From a virus: DNA of 64,000 nucleotides. The notes below the pieces were generated by a model. The model was given only the letters and a program-made list of their open reading frames with translations, was not told the DNA's origin and made no database searches. The stretch is taken from the IMG/VR virus record IMGVR_UViG_2974684452_000001, positions 1,828 to 65,827 of that record; one strand, 5' to 3'. Positions 42,094-52,001 of the stretch are shown one piece after another (within the stretch, counting starts at the first letter, position 1; each line of letters opens with the position of its first letter). A program made the translations under genes and the position numbers.

Positions 42094-43524
42094 CTAAATC
42101 GCGTCCGCGACGTGCGCCGCGAACTCTCCCAGGTCGTCGTCCCAAACGTCCTGGTAAGCCTCATAGATCGCCTGCCCGTCGGCAGCCGAGGTGATGCGGG
42201 TCAACTCGATGCGGGCCTTCGCCAGGCGCAGCCCGGCGTCGGTCGGCGACGGCAGCGCGTGCAGCCCCGCCACGGCCTTCCCGTTCTTCGCGGCCTTGCG
42301 CCGGTCGCGGGTCTCAATCGAGGTGATCATGGTCTCCGCGCCCCAGGTCAGGTCCATCGTCACGGCCTGGCCGCGCTCCGGCTGGTCGCTCGGAATGTGC
42401 ATGAGCACCGCGAACGCGGGGCGGGGGTCGCCGTCCTCGCCGAAAACCTCAGCGTCGCTGGCGTGCGGCACGCCGTAGAGCTTCGGCATCGGCGACCAGC
42501 CCTTGCCGTCGAGGTTGAGAATCCACGGTGCCCAGCCGTAGACGGCCAGCTGCACCGCGTAGCTCAGCCACGAATACTGCAGCGTCTTGCTCGTTTTGAC
42601 GTCGCCGAGGATGAGATCGCCAGTGCTGGCAATCCGGTACATGCGGTCGATCTGGCCGGTGACGGTCTCCTCGCCCAGGTCGTTCATCACGATGCGCTCG
42701 ACGTACTCGGGCACCGCGATCAGCCCGAAGCTGGCGAGGATCGACTGGTACCGGTCGACGTAGGGGCGGAACATCTCGGGAACGTCCTGGTAGGTGACCT
42801 GCCCGAGGTCGATCGCTTCTAGCCAGGCGTGCACGGCGGTGCCCAATTCGGCACTGTCCTTGCCGCCCATGAGGTTGTCGATCGTGTCGAGCGCCTTGTC
42901 CAGTTCGCCGACCGTCGGTGCGCTCAGCGCCGCGTTGAAGGCCTCCAACGCCTCAGCGACAGTGACGCCGAAGCGCGGGCTGAGCCGATCGGTGGGGTTC
43001 ATCTGCATCAGCGAGAAGATGCGCTTGGCGGTCTCGCGGCGCTTCCACTTGCTCAGCCCGGCGGTGTCGTCCAGGGTGTCGGCCACCGTCGTCGCGCGGG
43101 TGAACCCGGTGGGCCGACCCGTCGTGAGGGCGGGCAGCAGGTACTGCTTCCAGCCGTTGAACTTCGGCTTGAAGCGGGGCGGCTCCGGCGGCAGCGGGTA
43201 GCCCTCCCACTCGGTCTGGCGACCCTGCAGGGTGCCGTCCTCATCAATTGCCGTCACGGTGGTCTCCTCATCGGTGGTTGTGGTGTCGATTGCGGGCGGC
43301 TCGCTGCCCGCCTCGCTGACGATCGGGCTGTCGGCGGGGTCTTGTGCCGCCGGAAGCGGCTCAGGCGCTCCTGGGGCGAAATAGGACGGGTGCGCGAAGC
43401 GGGGGTCCGACGTCCAGCCGTCCTGGTCGCCCGGCCCGGTGCGCCGGTAGACCCGGCCATCGGGCTGCGTGCGGGCCGGGAACTCCCGAGCGATGTCGCG
43501 CTCGGCTGCGCGTTTGTTCGCCAT
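42094..43524 (-). CDS. PD-(D/E)XK / Cas4-like exonuclease
   Basis: GTAVHAWLE, TGQIDRMY, GDVKTS and QLAVY motifs. Confidence 0.8.
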   Translation of the reverse strand: MANKRAAERDIAREFPARTQPDGRVYRRTGPGDQDGWTSDPRFAHPSYFAPGAPEPLPAAQDPADSPIVSEAGSEPPAIDTTTTDEETTVTAIDEDGTLQGRQTEWEGYPLPPEPPRFKPKFNGWKQYLLPALTTGRPTGFTRATTVADTLDDTAGLSKWKRRETAKRIFSLMQMNPTDRLSPRFGVTVAEALEAFNAALSAPTVGELDKALDTIDNLMGGKDSAELGTAVHAWLEAIDLGQVTYQDVPEMFRPYVDRYQSILASFGLIAVPEYVERIVMNDLGEETVTGQIDRMYRIASTGDLILGDVKTSKTLQYSWLSYAVQLAVYGWAPWILNLDGKGWSPMPKLYGVPHASDAEVFGEDGDPRPAFAVLMHIPSDQPERGQAVTMDLTWGAETMITSIETRDRRKAAKNGKAVAGLHALPSPTDAGLRLAKARIELTRITSAADGQAIYEAYQDVWDDDLGEFAAHVADAI

Positions 43525-44003
43525 CAGCGGCTCATCAGTTCGTGGTAGTCGAACCGATCGCCGAGCGCGTCGGTGATCAGCACGTCGTCGCCCTCATGGC
43601 CGAGCAGGTGGTTGTCGTAGATCAGCGCGTACTTCGGCACCGACAGCCGACGCTGCGCGAACTGGACACCGCGCTCGGTCACGCGCCAGTGACCGGCCCG
43701 GCCACCGTCGGCGCGGGGCACGTTGTCCTCCTCGATCAGCGCCCAGCGCCGCAGCATGGCCCAGCTGCCGCCGCACTGCGCGACGTCGGCGAAGGTCGGA
43801 GCGTGGAACCACTCGCGGTCGTGCGCACGCACGGCCAGGATCAGCGCGCGGGCCTCGGCGGCGTGGATCGAGCGCCGGTAGACCTTCACGCGCTGCGTGC
43901 AGGCCGGGCACTCGCCGCCGTCGGCGTCGTACATGACCGTCTCAAGCCAGTCGCGCGCCTCCTGGATCGTGGCGTCGAGACCGGGCGGCGGGTTGCCGGT
44001 CAC
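43524..44003 (-). CDS. Hypothetical protein (CPAC motif, winged-helix-like)
   Basis: GTGA overlap with the helicase stop. Confidence 0.65.
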   Translation of the reverse strand: MTGNPPPGLDATIQEARDWLETVMYDADGGECPACTQRVKVYRRSIHAAEARALILAVRAHDREWFHAPTFADVAQCGGSWAMLRRWALIEEDNVPRADGGRAGHWRVTERGVQFAQRRLSVPKYALIYDNHLLGHEGDDVLITDALGDRFDYHELMSR

Positions 44004-45700
44004 CGGTCCTCGATCCCGGCGTCGAGCACGCGGGCGGCGAGCTTGATGCTGATCTCGTCGCTCAGCCGGGCCTTCGTCATATCGGCGAACCCGACGATGC
44101 CCAGCTGGCGCGCGTAGTTCTGCTGCGCCTCCGAGGGAGCCTGGTTGCGCCGCCACGACGCCTTGCGGTCGGGCAGGTGCTGGTCGCTCTCCACGATCCA
44201 GACCTCAGCGGCTTCCAGCGCCTCGGGCAGGTCGACGTACTCCGGCTCATCGACGGCGTAGCGGCCCGAGCCGGTCACCCAGCCACCGACGCGGGTGCGG
44301 TGGTTGATCTGGCCGACGGCCCAGGTGGTGCGCTCGTCGCCGACCGGACGCACGCCGTCCTTCGGCCAGACGAACACGACCTCATGCCCGCCCATGAGGC
44401 TGATGAACGGCACGCCCTTCGGCGTTTCGAGCCACAGCGTGGTGTCGTTGGCGAGCAGGTCGATCGTCACCATGTCGACCGGACCCTGGCGCACGATCTT
44501 CGCCACGGTGTCGCCCATATCGGGGTCGCCGTCGAGCGCGTCGGGCACCGGCGCGTCCAGCACCTCCATGCCGCTCTCGTCCACGGTCGTGACGTCGGCA
44601 CCGGGCAGCAGCTGCGTGAGGTTGACCAGCTTCATCGTGCGCGCCGACCCGGCCAGGTCGAGCACCAGCGCGTCGGTCTTGCCGGGGTGCAGGCGCAGCG
44701 ACCGGCCCACCATCTGCGAGTACAGATTGCGGCTGCGGGTCGGGCGCGCCAGCACCACGGTGTCGCACATCGGGAAGTCGGCACCCTCGGTGAGCACCTG
44801 GACGGTGACCAGCGCCTTGACCTCACCCGAGCGGAACGCGGCGTAGAGCGGCTTGCGGTCCTCGTAGGTGATCGCGCCGGTGACCGCGACTGCCGGGAAG
44901 TCGGCGGCGGTCAGGCTCTCGGCGATGTGGTGGGCGGCGTCGACCGACGCGGCGAACACGATCGGGGTGCGGTCGGCGGCGTGCAGCTTGATCGCGTCAA
45001 CGACGTACTCCGTTGCCGCCTCCATCACCTCGGCAAGCTCACCCTGGTGGAAGTCGCCCGCGACGCTGCGCACGTCATCGAGCGCGTCGAGACCCTTGAC
45101 CTTGACGGTGAGGCCGTGCGGCTTGACCAGGTAACCCTTGCGGATCGCCCAGGCGATGTCCTTCTCGTAGGCGATGCACTCGATGACGTCGCCGAGGCCG
45201 ATGACCCCGCGCTCGTCGCGGCTCATCGTGGCGGTGAACCCGGCCATCAGGGCGGCGTCGTAGCCACCAAGCTCGCGGAAGGTCGTGTGGAAGCCTTCGG
45301 CACCGGCGTGGTGCACCTCGTCCCACAGGATGACGTGCCGCTCGCCCAGCGCCTCGCGGCGGTGCGCGGTCGCCAGCGTCTGCAGCGTCGCGAACACGAT
45401 GTCGGCGTGGCTGTCGTCGGTCTCGGCGCGCACGATGCCGGTGCGGTCGGCGAGGTCGGGGGCGACGGCGATGAAGTCGCGGCGCATCTGGTCGAGCAGT
45501 TCGCCCCGGTGGGCGAGGGCGACGACGCGCTGGCCGCGATCGAGGGCGCGGCGGGCGGTCTCGCCGATGACGGTGGACTTGCCTGTGCCGGTCGGGAGCA
45601 CGACGCCAACGCGGCGCTTCCCGTCAGCCCAGCGACGCTCTACGGCGTCAACCGCGTCGCGCTGGTAGTAGCGCAGTTCGCGGGGAGCGGTGGTGGTCAT
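44000..45700 (-). CDS. SF2 DNA helicase
   Basis: LPTGTGKS, DEVHH, GFTAT, LTEGADFP and QMVGRSLR motifs. Confidence 0.93.
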   Translation of the reverse strand: MTTTAPRELRYYQRDAVDAVERRWADGKRRVGVVLPTGTGKSTVIGETARRALDRGQRVVALAHRGELLDQMRRDFIAVAPDLADRTGIVRAETDDSHADIVFATLQTLATAHRREALGERHVILWDEVHHAGAEGFHTTFRELGGYDAALMAGFTATMSRDERGVIGLGDVIECIAYEKDIAWAIRKGYLVKPHGLTVKVKGLDALDDVRSVAGDFHQGELAEVMEAATEYVVDAIKLHAADRTPIVFAASVDAAHHIAESLTAADFPAVAVTGAITYEDRKPLYAAFRSGEVKALVTVQVLTEGADFPMCDTVVLARPTRSRNLYSQMVGRSLRLHPGKTDALVLDLAGSARTMKLVNLTQLLPGADVTTVDESGMEVLDAPVPDALDGDPDMGDTVAKIVRQGPVDMVTIDLLANDTTLWLETPKGVPFISLMGGHEVVFVWPKDGVRPVGDERTTWAVGQINHRTRVGGWVTGSGRYAVDEPEYVDLPEALEAAEVWIVESDQHLPDRKASWRRNQAPSEAQQNYARQLGIVGFADMTKARLSDEISIKLAARVLDAGIEDR

Positions 45701-45776
45701 GGAGTTCCGATCTGAGAGTGGAGATGAGACTGAGGCTGAGGCTGAGGGGCGCTGGTGCGGGTGACCAACGCCCCTC

Positions 45777-45805
45777 AACCTACCCGACGACGGCGGGAAA
45801 GTCTA
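45777..45805 (-). promoter_or_regulatory. SigA-like promoter TAGACT-17-TAGGTT for the helicase operon
   Basis: Read directly; the -35 box overlaps the upstream TAG stop; hairpin at 45744-45776 follows. Confidence 0.65.
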
Positions 45806-45964
45806 GCGGTACGTCACGTCCATCTTGAGGCCGTTGCGACGCCCGGCCCAGATGGCGCGCAACGCGCCCCACCAGGACTTTCCCTCGTAGAGCATTTCAT
45901 CGTGGTAGCCGTCAGGGGTCGGGTCAGACCCGGTGACGACCCACGTCGGGCGCTCCCGCCTCAC
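45803..45964 (-). CDS. 53-aa hypothetical protein (MRRERPTW...), absent from the ORF track
   Basis: GTGA overlap with the 45961 stop; GC3-rich codons; fills the gap. Confidence 0.55.
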   Translation of the reverse strand: MRRERPTWVVTGSDPTPDGYHDEMLYEGKSWWGALRAIWAGRRNGLKMDVTYR

Positions 45965-46434
45965 CTCAGCGCGCCCGACTGCGCGGCCGCGCGGAACAGG
46001 GCTTCGAGGTCGGTGTAGCCGAACAGCTTCAACTGGTTGGCGGTGATTGTCGGCTCGACGTGCGCGTTGAGCATCTTGATCAGACCCTGGTACGACGCGC
46101 GCCGACCCTCCGGCAGCCAGTTCGGCGGCTTCTTGACGTTGTTGCGCACGTCGTAGTCGGTGACCTCGGTGACGTGGAAGTTCGACAGATAGTCGCAGCC
46201 CGCGAGCGACTTGAACCGCTTCGCGTCCTCCTCGGTGGGCTGGCGCTTGGCCTTGATCAACGCGCTCAACTCGTCACGGAGAGCACGCATCCCCGGCAGA
46301 CGGTCGTTCTTCTTGGCCCGCTCGGCGCGGTAGGCCGCGACGTCGCGCTGATAGATCACATCAGCCTTGTCGTGGCCGTCCAGCGCCTCCTGCGCGGCGG
46401 CGATGAGCAGGGTCTTGTCGAGGTTAACGCTCAT
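45961..46434 (-). CDS. Hypothetical protein
   Basis: Preceded by the conserved CACCACAACCACGAAAGGGGC leader. Confidence 0.7.
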   Translation of the reverse strand: MSVNLDKTLLIAAAQEALDGHDKADVIYQRDVAAYRAERAKKNDRLPGMRALRDELSALIKAKRQPTEEDAKRFKSLAGCDYLSNFHVTEVTDYDVRNNVKKPPNWLPEGRRASYQGLIKMLNAHVEPTITANQLKLFGYTDLEALFRAAAQSGALR

Positions 46435-46473
46435 GGGCGAGTGCCCCTTTCGTGGTTGTGGTGGGTTACGACG

Positions 46474-49320
46474 TCAGTCGGCGTCGTTGATCTCGGCTGC
46501 AGCCAGCAGCCGGGCCTGGGCGGCGTCGTTGACGCTCGGGATATAGCGGCTGCCGGACGGGGTGCCGGTCAGCGTCTCGATCAGCTGCCAGCGCAGCGCG
46601 CGGTCGACAGCCTCGGCGATGCGCTGCTTCCAGTACGGCCCGGTGTCGTTGCGGCTCTGGGCATACGGGTCGGGGCGCAGCGCCAGCACCAGATCGCCGC
46701 GAGTGACGCCCTGCTGCGGGAAGCGGTCGACGTGCTCGCGAATCTTGATCGCGGTCTCGATCAGCGGCTCGGGCAGCGGGCGCGCCAGCACGACCTCGCC
46801 CTGCATCGGGTCGATCGCGCAGTTCGGGCCGGTGATGACGGGAGCCTTGATGTCGGTGCCGGGTTCGAGCACCGACAGGTCGATCATCATCAGCGGGATC
46901 GCCTCGTCCAGCTGCTCGATGTTCTTCTGCTTCGTGGTCCACAGTTCGATCGGCTTGCCCGGCAGACGGCCATCCTCGTCAGCGATCTGATCGAACGGCC
47001 ACCGCGCCTCACGCACCAGCAGTTCGCTGTCGAGCGCGCCGTTGAGTGCCGACGAGCCACGCGCGGTCTCCGGCGCGCCCTTGGCGGTGTGGTGGACGAC
47101 GCAGACCCCGGCGTTGGTGTGGTCTTTGAGCTTGTCGAACCGGCGAATCGCCTTGCCGACGTCGGTGGCGGAGTTCTCCTCAAGGCCGCTGCTCATGCGG
47201 GCGAACGTGTCGAAGATGACCAGTTCGATGCCCTGGCGCACGATGTAGGCGGCGATGTCGCCCCAGGCCTCGTTCGTCGCCTGGACCAGGATGATGCCGT
47301 TGCCGAGCAGCAGGTTGTCGCCGACCTCGACGCCGTGCGCCGCCTCCCAGGCCCGCAGGCGCTGGACCGCACCGGCCAGACCCTCGCCGGGGAGGTAGAG
47401 CACCTTCGTCTTGAGCGTGCGCCGCCCCTGCCAGCGCTTGCCGGTCGCGATGTGGCAGGCCATATCGAGCACGACACTGGACTTCCCCATGCCGGGCGGG
47501 CCGATGATGCACGACAGACCGCCGTGCTCGATCAGGCCGTCGATCACGTACTCCGGCGCGGGCATGTCGCGCCAGTGGCCGAACGGGGCGATGCGCGGCA
47601 CCCCGGCGTGCGGGCTGTCGAACACGTCGGGGTCGGCGTCGGCGACCTCATCGGGGAACGGCGAGGCGGAGGCCTCCGGCTTGGTCGCCTTACCGAAGTC
47701 GGCGGGCAGCGCGTCGACCGAAAGGTCCACCGGCGGTGCCGCGTCGGCCTTCTGCCGGGCCTGCTCAACGGCAGCGTCCCACTCGGCGTGGGGGTTCGGC
47801 GGCGGGTCGATGTCGTGGCCGTTGTGGAACCAGACGCCGTTGACCTCGCTGGCGTCGTTCGGCCCGATCATCTCGCCGCACGCGCACTCGATGCAGACGC
47901 AGCCCAGTTCACCGCACACCGGGCAGTCGCCGTCCGCGTGCGTCTCGACACCGCTGTTGACGTCCATCGCCGAGCCGGACAGGTGATTGCTGTCGGCAGT
48001 GGGCATCTCGAAGTCGCCGTCGCCGACCATGCCGTGCTCGGGGTCGCGTTCGCGCGGGCTGATGTCGGGGTCGACCTCGGTGCCAGTCGGCATCAGGTCC
48101 AACTCGTCCATCGCCTTGCCGACGTTGCCGCCGTAGCTGATCAGCGAGACGGCCTGCAGCTTGCTGATCGTGGCGGTGCCCTTGGTCTTGACCCACTCAT
48201 CGAACGGCTCAGCCGGGTTGTCGGTCCAGATGTGCAGCGGCGCGTTGACCTCGGTGTAACGGCCAGCGGTGCAGCCGGAGTCGTGCGCGGTGGCCGACTT
48301 CGGGCTGCTGTGCACGCCGGGCGCGGTCCAGACCGGGCACCCGCAGGAGTCGGCGCGCGGCGCGGGGGTCCAGCCCAGCGGTTCGAGGATCGCCGACCAC
48401 GGCACCCCGGCAGCCCACTCGTCCACTGCCGATGCCAGTTCGGGGTTGGCGGTCTCGGCGCTGCGCTCAGCGCGGGCCACGCGCAGGCTGCCAGCCTCGA
48501 TGATCGCGTTGGCGAGCCAGCCCGGCAGCGGGTAGTCGCGCCCCACCAGTTCGTAGGCACCCTCGGGCCGGGTCGACGGCGGGATCAGCACATACCGCCG
48601 ATCCCAGAGCACGGCGAACCCGTCGTCACCGCCCCACGTCATCGCGCCGATATGGCGCGGCAGCGTCGGCCTGAGTTCGTCAGGGACGGTGAACCAGAAG
48701 TGCCCGCCGTCGGCGTGCGCCCAGGTGCTCGGGTCATCGGGGTCCGCGCCCGGCCCAGCCTGGCCGGGGGTGATGACGGTCGGGTCGGGGCGATCTTCCG
48801 GCGCGATCTCGGCGACCTCGAAGAACCGGTCGACCTGAGCGGCGGTGTCGCAGTCGACCACCACGACACCCGACCCGCCCACCTCGACGGCGAGGTTGAC
48901 GGCGGCGGGGGTCGCCATGACGATCTCCCCGGCGTCGAAGGCCTTCTTGACGTAGGGCACGACGTCGCCCTGGCTGCCGTCGGCCAGCACCTCGCGCCAC
49001 TCCGAGAACACCTCGATGTACCGCTTGAGATACCGCTCCAACACGGTCTTCTCCGACGTCGCGAGCGCCAGTCCGGCTGGCGACTTCACCGTGGCCCAGT
49101 CGCGGCGACCGGCGTCGTGAGCAACGGCCTGAGCCGCCTTGTTGTCCTTCGTCTTCTGCGCCTGCGTCCGCATGTCGGCGGGCACCTTGGAGCCGGGGTA
49201 GATGAACAGCAGCGACAGGCCGATGTCGGCAGCCTGGCGGATGAAGGCCTTCACCGCGTCGTGGTCGCGGTTGTCGATGCCGGAGCCGAGGACGGCCTGC
49301 AGAGGGGTGGAACCGAGCAC
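46474..49320 (-). CDS. Bifunctional primase/polymerase fused to an AAA/SF4-type helicase
   Basis: N-terminal prim-pol motifs (VVVDCD, GGHFWF, YVLIPPS); C-terminal GPPGMGKS, YLPGEG, VIFDTFAR, VVHHTAK and RGSSAL. Confidence 0.88.
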   Translation of the reverse strand: MLGSTPLQAVLGSGIDNRDHDAVKAFIRQAADIGLSLLFIYPGSKVPADMRTQAQKTKDNKAAQAVAHDAGRRDWATVKSPAGLALATSEKTVLERYLKRYIEVFSEWREVLADGSQGDVVPYVKKAFDAGEIVMATPAAVNLAVEVGGSGVVVVDCDTAAQVDRFFEVAEIAPEDRPDPTVITPGQAGPGADPDDPSTWAHADGGHFWFTVPDELRPTLPRHIGAMTWGGDDGFAVLWDRRYVLIPPSTRPEGAYELVGRDYPLPGWLANAIIEAGSLRVARAERSAETANPELASAVDEWAAGVPWSAILEPLGWTPAPRADSCGCPVWTAPGVHSSPKSATAHDSGCTAGRYTEVNAPLHIWTDNPAEPFDEWVKTKGTATISKLQAVSLISYGGNVGKAMDELDLMPTGTEVDPDISPRERDPEHGMVGDGDFEMPTADSNHLSGSAMDVNSGVETHADGDCPVCGELGCVCIECACGEMIGPNDASEVNGVWFHNGHDIDPPPNPHAEWDAAVEQARQKADAAPPVDLSVDALPADFGKATKPEASASPFPDEVADADPDVFDSPHAGVPRIAPFGHWRDMPAPEYVIDGLIEHGGLSCIIGPPGMGKSSVVLDMACHIATGKRWQGRRTLKTKVLYLPGEGLAGAVQRLRAWEAAHGVEVGDNLLLGNGIILVQATNEAWGDIAAYIVRQGIELVIFDTFARMSSGLEENSATDVGKAIRRFDKLKDHTNAGVCVVHHTAKGAPETARGSSALNGALDSELLVREARWPFDQIADEDGRLPGKPIELWTTKQKNIEQLDEAIPLMMIDLSVLEPGTDIKAPVITGPNCAIDPMQGEVVLARPLPEPLIETAIKIREHVDRFPQQGVTRGDLVLALRPDPYAQSRNDTGPYWKQRIAEAVDRALRWQLIETLTGTPSGSRYIPSVNDAAQARLLAAAEINDAD

Positions 49321-49358
49321 GCGAGTGCCCCTTTCGTGGTTGTGGTGGGGTGGTGGGT

Positions 49359-50033
49359 CTATTCGGGCTTGCGGTGACGACCAGGCGCGTTGGCGATTCC
49401 GCCGCCGAGCGCGAGGTAGCCGACCGCATCGACCCAGCTGTCAGCGTGGGCGATGTCGTTGTTGAGCCGGGCGATCTTCACCAGCGCCATGCAGATCGCG
49501 ACCTGCTCAGCGCTGACGTCGACCCCCAGCACGACCGACCACAGCTGCCCGGTCTCGCCGAACTGCTCGGTAGCGTCGCCGTAGGCCGCGTTGCGGTCGC
49601 CGTCGATGAGGTCGGCAGCGGTGGTGGCGATCTGTCGAGCGCGCTGCGAGGTGGTCGGCGACAGCAGCCCGATGATCTGCTGGTTGAGCGGGGTCACCGG
49701 CCCGATCTCGGCGTGGGTGTACTTCGGCGCGTCGGGGTGGTTGGGGTCGAGCCACGCGCCGAAGTCGCGCTGGTTGGCCGCTGCCACCTCGTCGTCGGGC
49801 AGCCGGTCGCCATACTCGACCGACAACGCCTTGGCGGTGCCGTGGGTCGGGCAGTTCGGATCCAGCACCGCCAGTGAGGGGCAGGTGCAGACCTCGCCCG
49901 GCAGCGGGTCGGTCGGGAGGTCGGTCGCGGGCCGGGTCTCGGCGTCGGCGATCGACCGGGGTCGACCGGCCTGCGCGTCGGCGGTGCGCTTGATCGTCTC
50001 GATGTCGCGGTCGAGTTCGGGGTTGTTGCTCAT
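49359..50033 (-). CDS. DUF6378-like protein (helical nucleotide pyrophosphatase-related)
   Basis: DGDRNAAYG, VAICMALVKIAR and DSWVDAVGY motifs. Confidence 0.7.
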   Translation of the reverse strand: MSNNPELDRDIETIKRTADAQAGRPRSIADAETRPATDLPTDPLPGEVCTCPSLAVLDPNCPTHGTAKALSVEYGDRLPDDEVAAANQRDFGAWLDPNHPDAPKYTHAEIGPVTPLNQQIIGLLSPTTSQRARQIATTAADLIDGDRNAAYGDATEQFGETGQLWSVVLGVDVSAEQVAICMALVKIARLNNDIAHADSWVDAVGYLALGGGIANAPGRHRKPE

Positions 50034-50080
50034 GCGGGCGTGGGCCTTTCGGGGCGGGGGAGGCCAGGGTCAGACCGGCC

Positions 50081-50109
50081 AGCCTAGATGAGGCTGAACA
50101 GGCCGTCTA
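50081..50109 (-). promoter_or_regulatory. SigA-like promoter TAGACG-17-TAGGCT
   Basis: Read directly in the intergenic gap upstream of the DUF6378-like/primase genes. Confidence 0.6.
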
Positions 50110-50159
50110 CCAGCCACTACGGGTAGTGGGGCGGTGGCGCGTCGGGCACTAGATAGGCA

Positions 50160-52001
50160 TCAGACCTTCGCCCAGGCGTGGCCCATGTCGGCGCTGTCGG
50201 TGCGCAGGATCGGCACGCGCTGTGCCCAGTCGATGAGGAACTGCGGCGGGGTGGTCATGATTCGCTGCACCTCGGCGGCGACCGGGGTGTCAACGATCAA
50301 CTCGTCGTGCATCGCCAGCTGAATGTGGTCGCCCAGACCCTGGCGCTCGCACTCAACGATCGTCGCCGCGAGCACGTCGTAGGCCGACCCCTGGACGGTG
50401 TAGTTGACCGCCTTGAAAACGCCACCCTCGTCAACGGGGAGGATGCGCCCGCCCGCCGTGATGGTGATGCCGTACTGGGCGGCGACGTCCTGCACGCGAC
50501 TCATCCACGCCTCGCAGCGCTTCATCGCGCCGAACATCTGGCGGCGCAGCTGCAGTGCCGATTCCTCGGTGTGACCGAGGCTGGCCGCGATCTTGGCGAT
50601 GCCCGCGCCGTACATCGTGCTCAGCAGCAGCACCTTCGCGAAGTCGCGCCCATCCTTGGTCATCGGCAGCCCGGCGCTGCGCTGGATCGGCTCGTAGAGG
50701 TCGCCGCCCGCCTCATAGCTCGCCACGAAGTCGATGTCGCGAGCCATCGCCGCCATCGTGACCGGCTCGATCTGCGACCAGTCGATCGACGTCAGACCCT
50801 GCCCGTCGTCGCAGATCACCGGGCGGGCCTGGGCCGGGAACTGCTGCATCTCGGGCAGCGCGTAGCTCATCCGGCCAGTGGCACTGGCACCGAGCGTGCC
50901 GACCTGCGGGTGGCACCGGCCCGTCACCGACGCCTGCCGGTCGACCTTTTCGAGGTAGCCGGTCACCTTGTCGATGACGGCCAGCTTCCGCTGAGCCAGG
51001 GCGAGTGGATGATCGAAGGCGTCGAGGTCGGCCTTCGTCGCGCGCAGCTTGCCGGTCGGGGTGCGCGGCCAGCCCGCCGGGAGTTCGCCGCGCTCGTCCA
51101 GGTACTCCACCAGTTTCGCGCCCTTGCCGCTGCCGCCCTCAAGGCCGTGGACGGCCAACTCAGCGATCGCGAGGTTGCGCTCGATGTCCTGCTCCTCGGC
51201 GTACCGGTCCAGGTACTCCCGGTCGACGGCCAGCCCGACCGCCGACCGGCGCAGCATCACCCGGTGCACGGTCTCCTGCTGCCCGAGCAAGGCCTCCGCC
51301 TCAGCCACGGTCGTCGCCCCGAAGTCGCGGAACGGGTGATCGAGTGACCACTCGATCGCCATGCCGCGCAGCGTCGGTTCCAGCTGGGCGGTGACCACCG
51401 TGTCGGCCATCGCGCCCTGCCGGTAGATGGGTGAGCCGATGTCGAGGCCTTCGTACCCGGCGGTGATCGTCTTGTACCCGGCAGCCTTGAACGCGCGCTC
51501 CATGCCGCCCTTGAAGTCGGTCATGCCCAGCACCCGAACCGCCAGTGCTTCAAGCCCTTTGCGCACCATCGTGTCGGGGATCGCGAACCGCGCCAGCAGC
51601 AGCGTGTCGACCACCTTGTTGATTTCGTGGTACCCGATCAGGCTGGCGTGATAGAGCGGCGGCACGTCGAACGGCGCGTTGTGCAGGATCAACCGGCTGG
51701 CCCGCGTGAGCAGGTCGGCGGCGACGGCGTGCTGGCCGGGGTCGCGTGCCGGGTCCAGCAGCACTGCCTCGTACCGACCGTCGCCGGTCGCCCACGCCGC
51801 CGTCAGGCAGTTGATCGTGAACGCCCGATCGAGGCCCGGCGTCTCGATGTCGATCGCCAGCTGCGTCCCAGCCGGGAAGCGGCGCGCCGCCTCGATCGCC
51901 TCAGCGCCAGTGGACAGGTAGGCCTGCAGCACCGGGTCGAACGACCGGCGCGACGGCACGCGCGGCCCGAGCCGGGCGGCGTCGTTGACGCTGAGCTTCA
52001 C
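50160..52001 (-). CDS. polA: Family A DNA polymerase with 3'-5' exonuclease
   Basis: IDIET (ExoI), HNAPFD (ExoII), IDWSQIE (motif A), KVLLLSTMYG (motif B), MHDEL (motif C). Confidence 0.93.
   Translation of the reverse strand: MKLSVNDAARLGPRVPSRRSFDPVLQAYLSTGAEAIEAARRFPAGTQLAIDIETPGLDRAFTINCLTAAWATGDGRYEAVLLDPARDPGQHAVAADLLTRASRLILHNAPFDVPPLYHASLIGYHEINKVVDTLLLARFAIPDTMVRKGLEALAVRVLGMTDFKGGMERAFKAAGYKTITAGYEGLDIGSPIYRQGAMADTVVTAQLEPTLRGMAIEWSLDHPFRDFGATTVAEAEALLGQQETVHRVMLRRSAVGLAVDREYLDRYAEEQDIERNLAIAELAVHGLEGGSGKGAKLVEYLDERGELPAGWPRTPTGKLRATKADLDAFDHPLALAQRKLAVIDKVTGYLEKVDRQASVTGRCHPQVGTLGASATGRMSYALPEMQQFPAQARPVICDDGQGLTSIDWSQIEPVTMAAMARDIDFVASYEAGGDLYEPIQRSAGLPMTKDGRDFAKVLLLSTMYGAGIAKIAASLGHTEESALQLRRQMFGAMKRCEAWMSRVQDVAAQYGITITAGGRILPVDEGGVFKAVNYTVQGSAYDVLAATIVECERQGLGDHIQLAMHDELIVDTPVAAEVQRIMTTPPQFLIDWAQRVPILRTDSADMGHAWAKV

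Noticed and set aside
43270-43286. Extra CACCACAACCAC match
   Set aside because: Inside the exonuclease CDS where it encodes a Thr run, with no SD; probably coincidental, though it shows the core can arise by chance.
42094-43524. Cas4-like nuclease as a sign of a CRISPR system
   Set aside because: No repeat-spacer array or other cas genes; stand-alone PD-(D/E)XK exonucleases are common in phage replication modules.
46060-49377. 1105-aa plus-strand ORF, and similar long antisense ORFs (22922-25690, 18497-20620, 5238-7322, 9721-11745, 7709-9577, 13059-15026)
   Set aside because: Shadows of real GC3-rich genes on the opposite strand; no recognisable motifs and R/A/G/V-biased composition.
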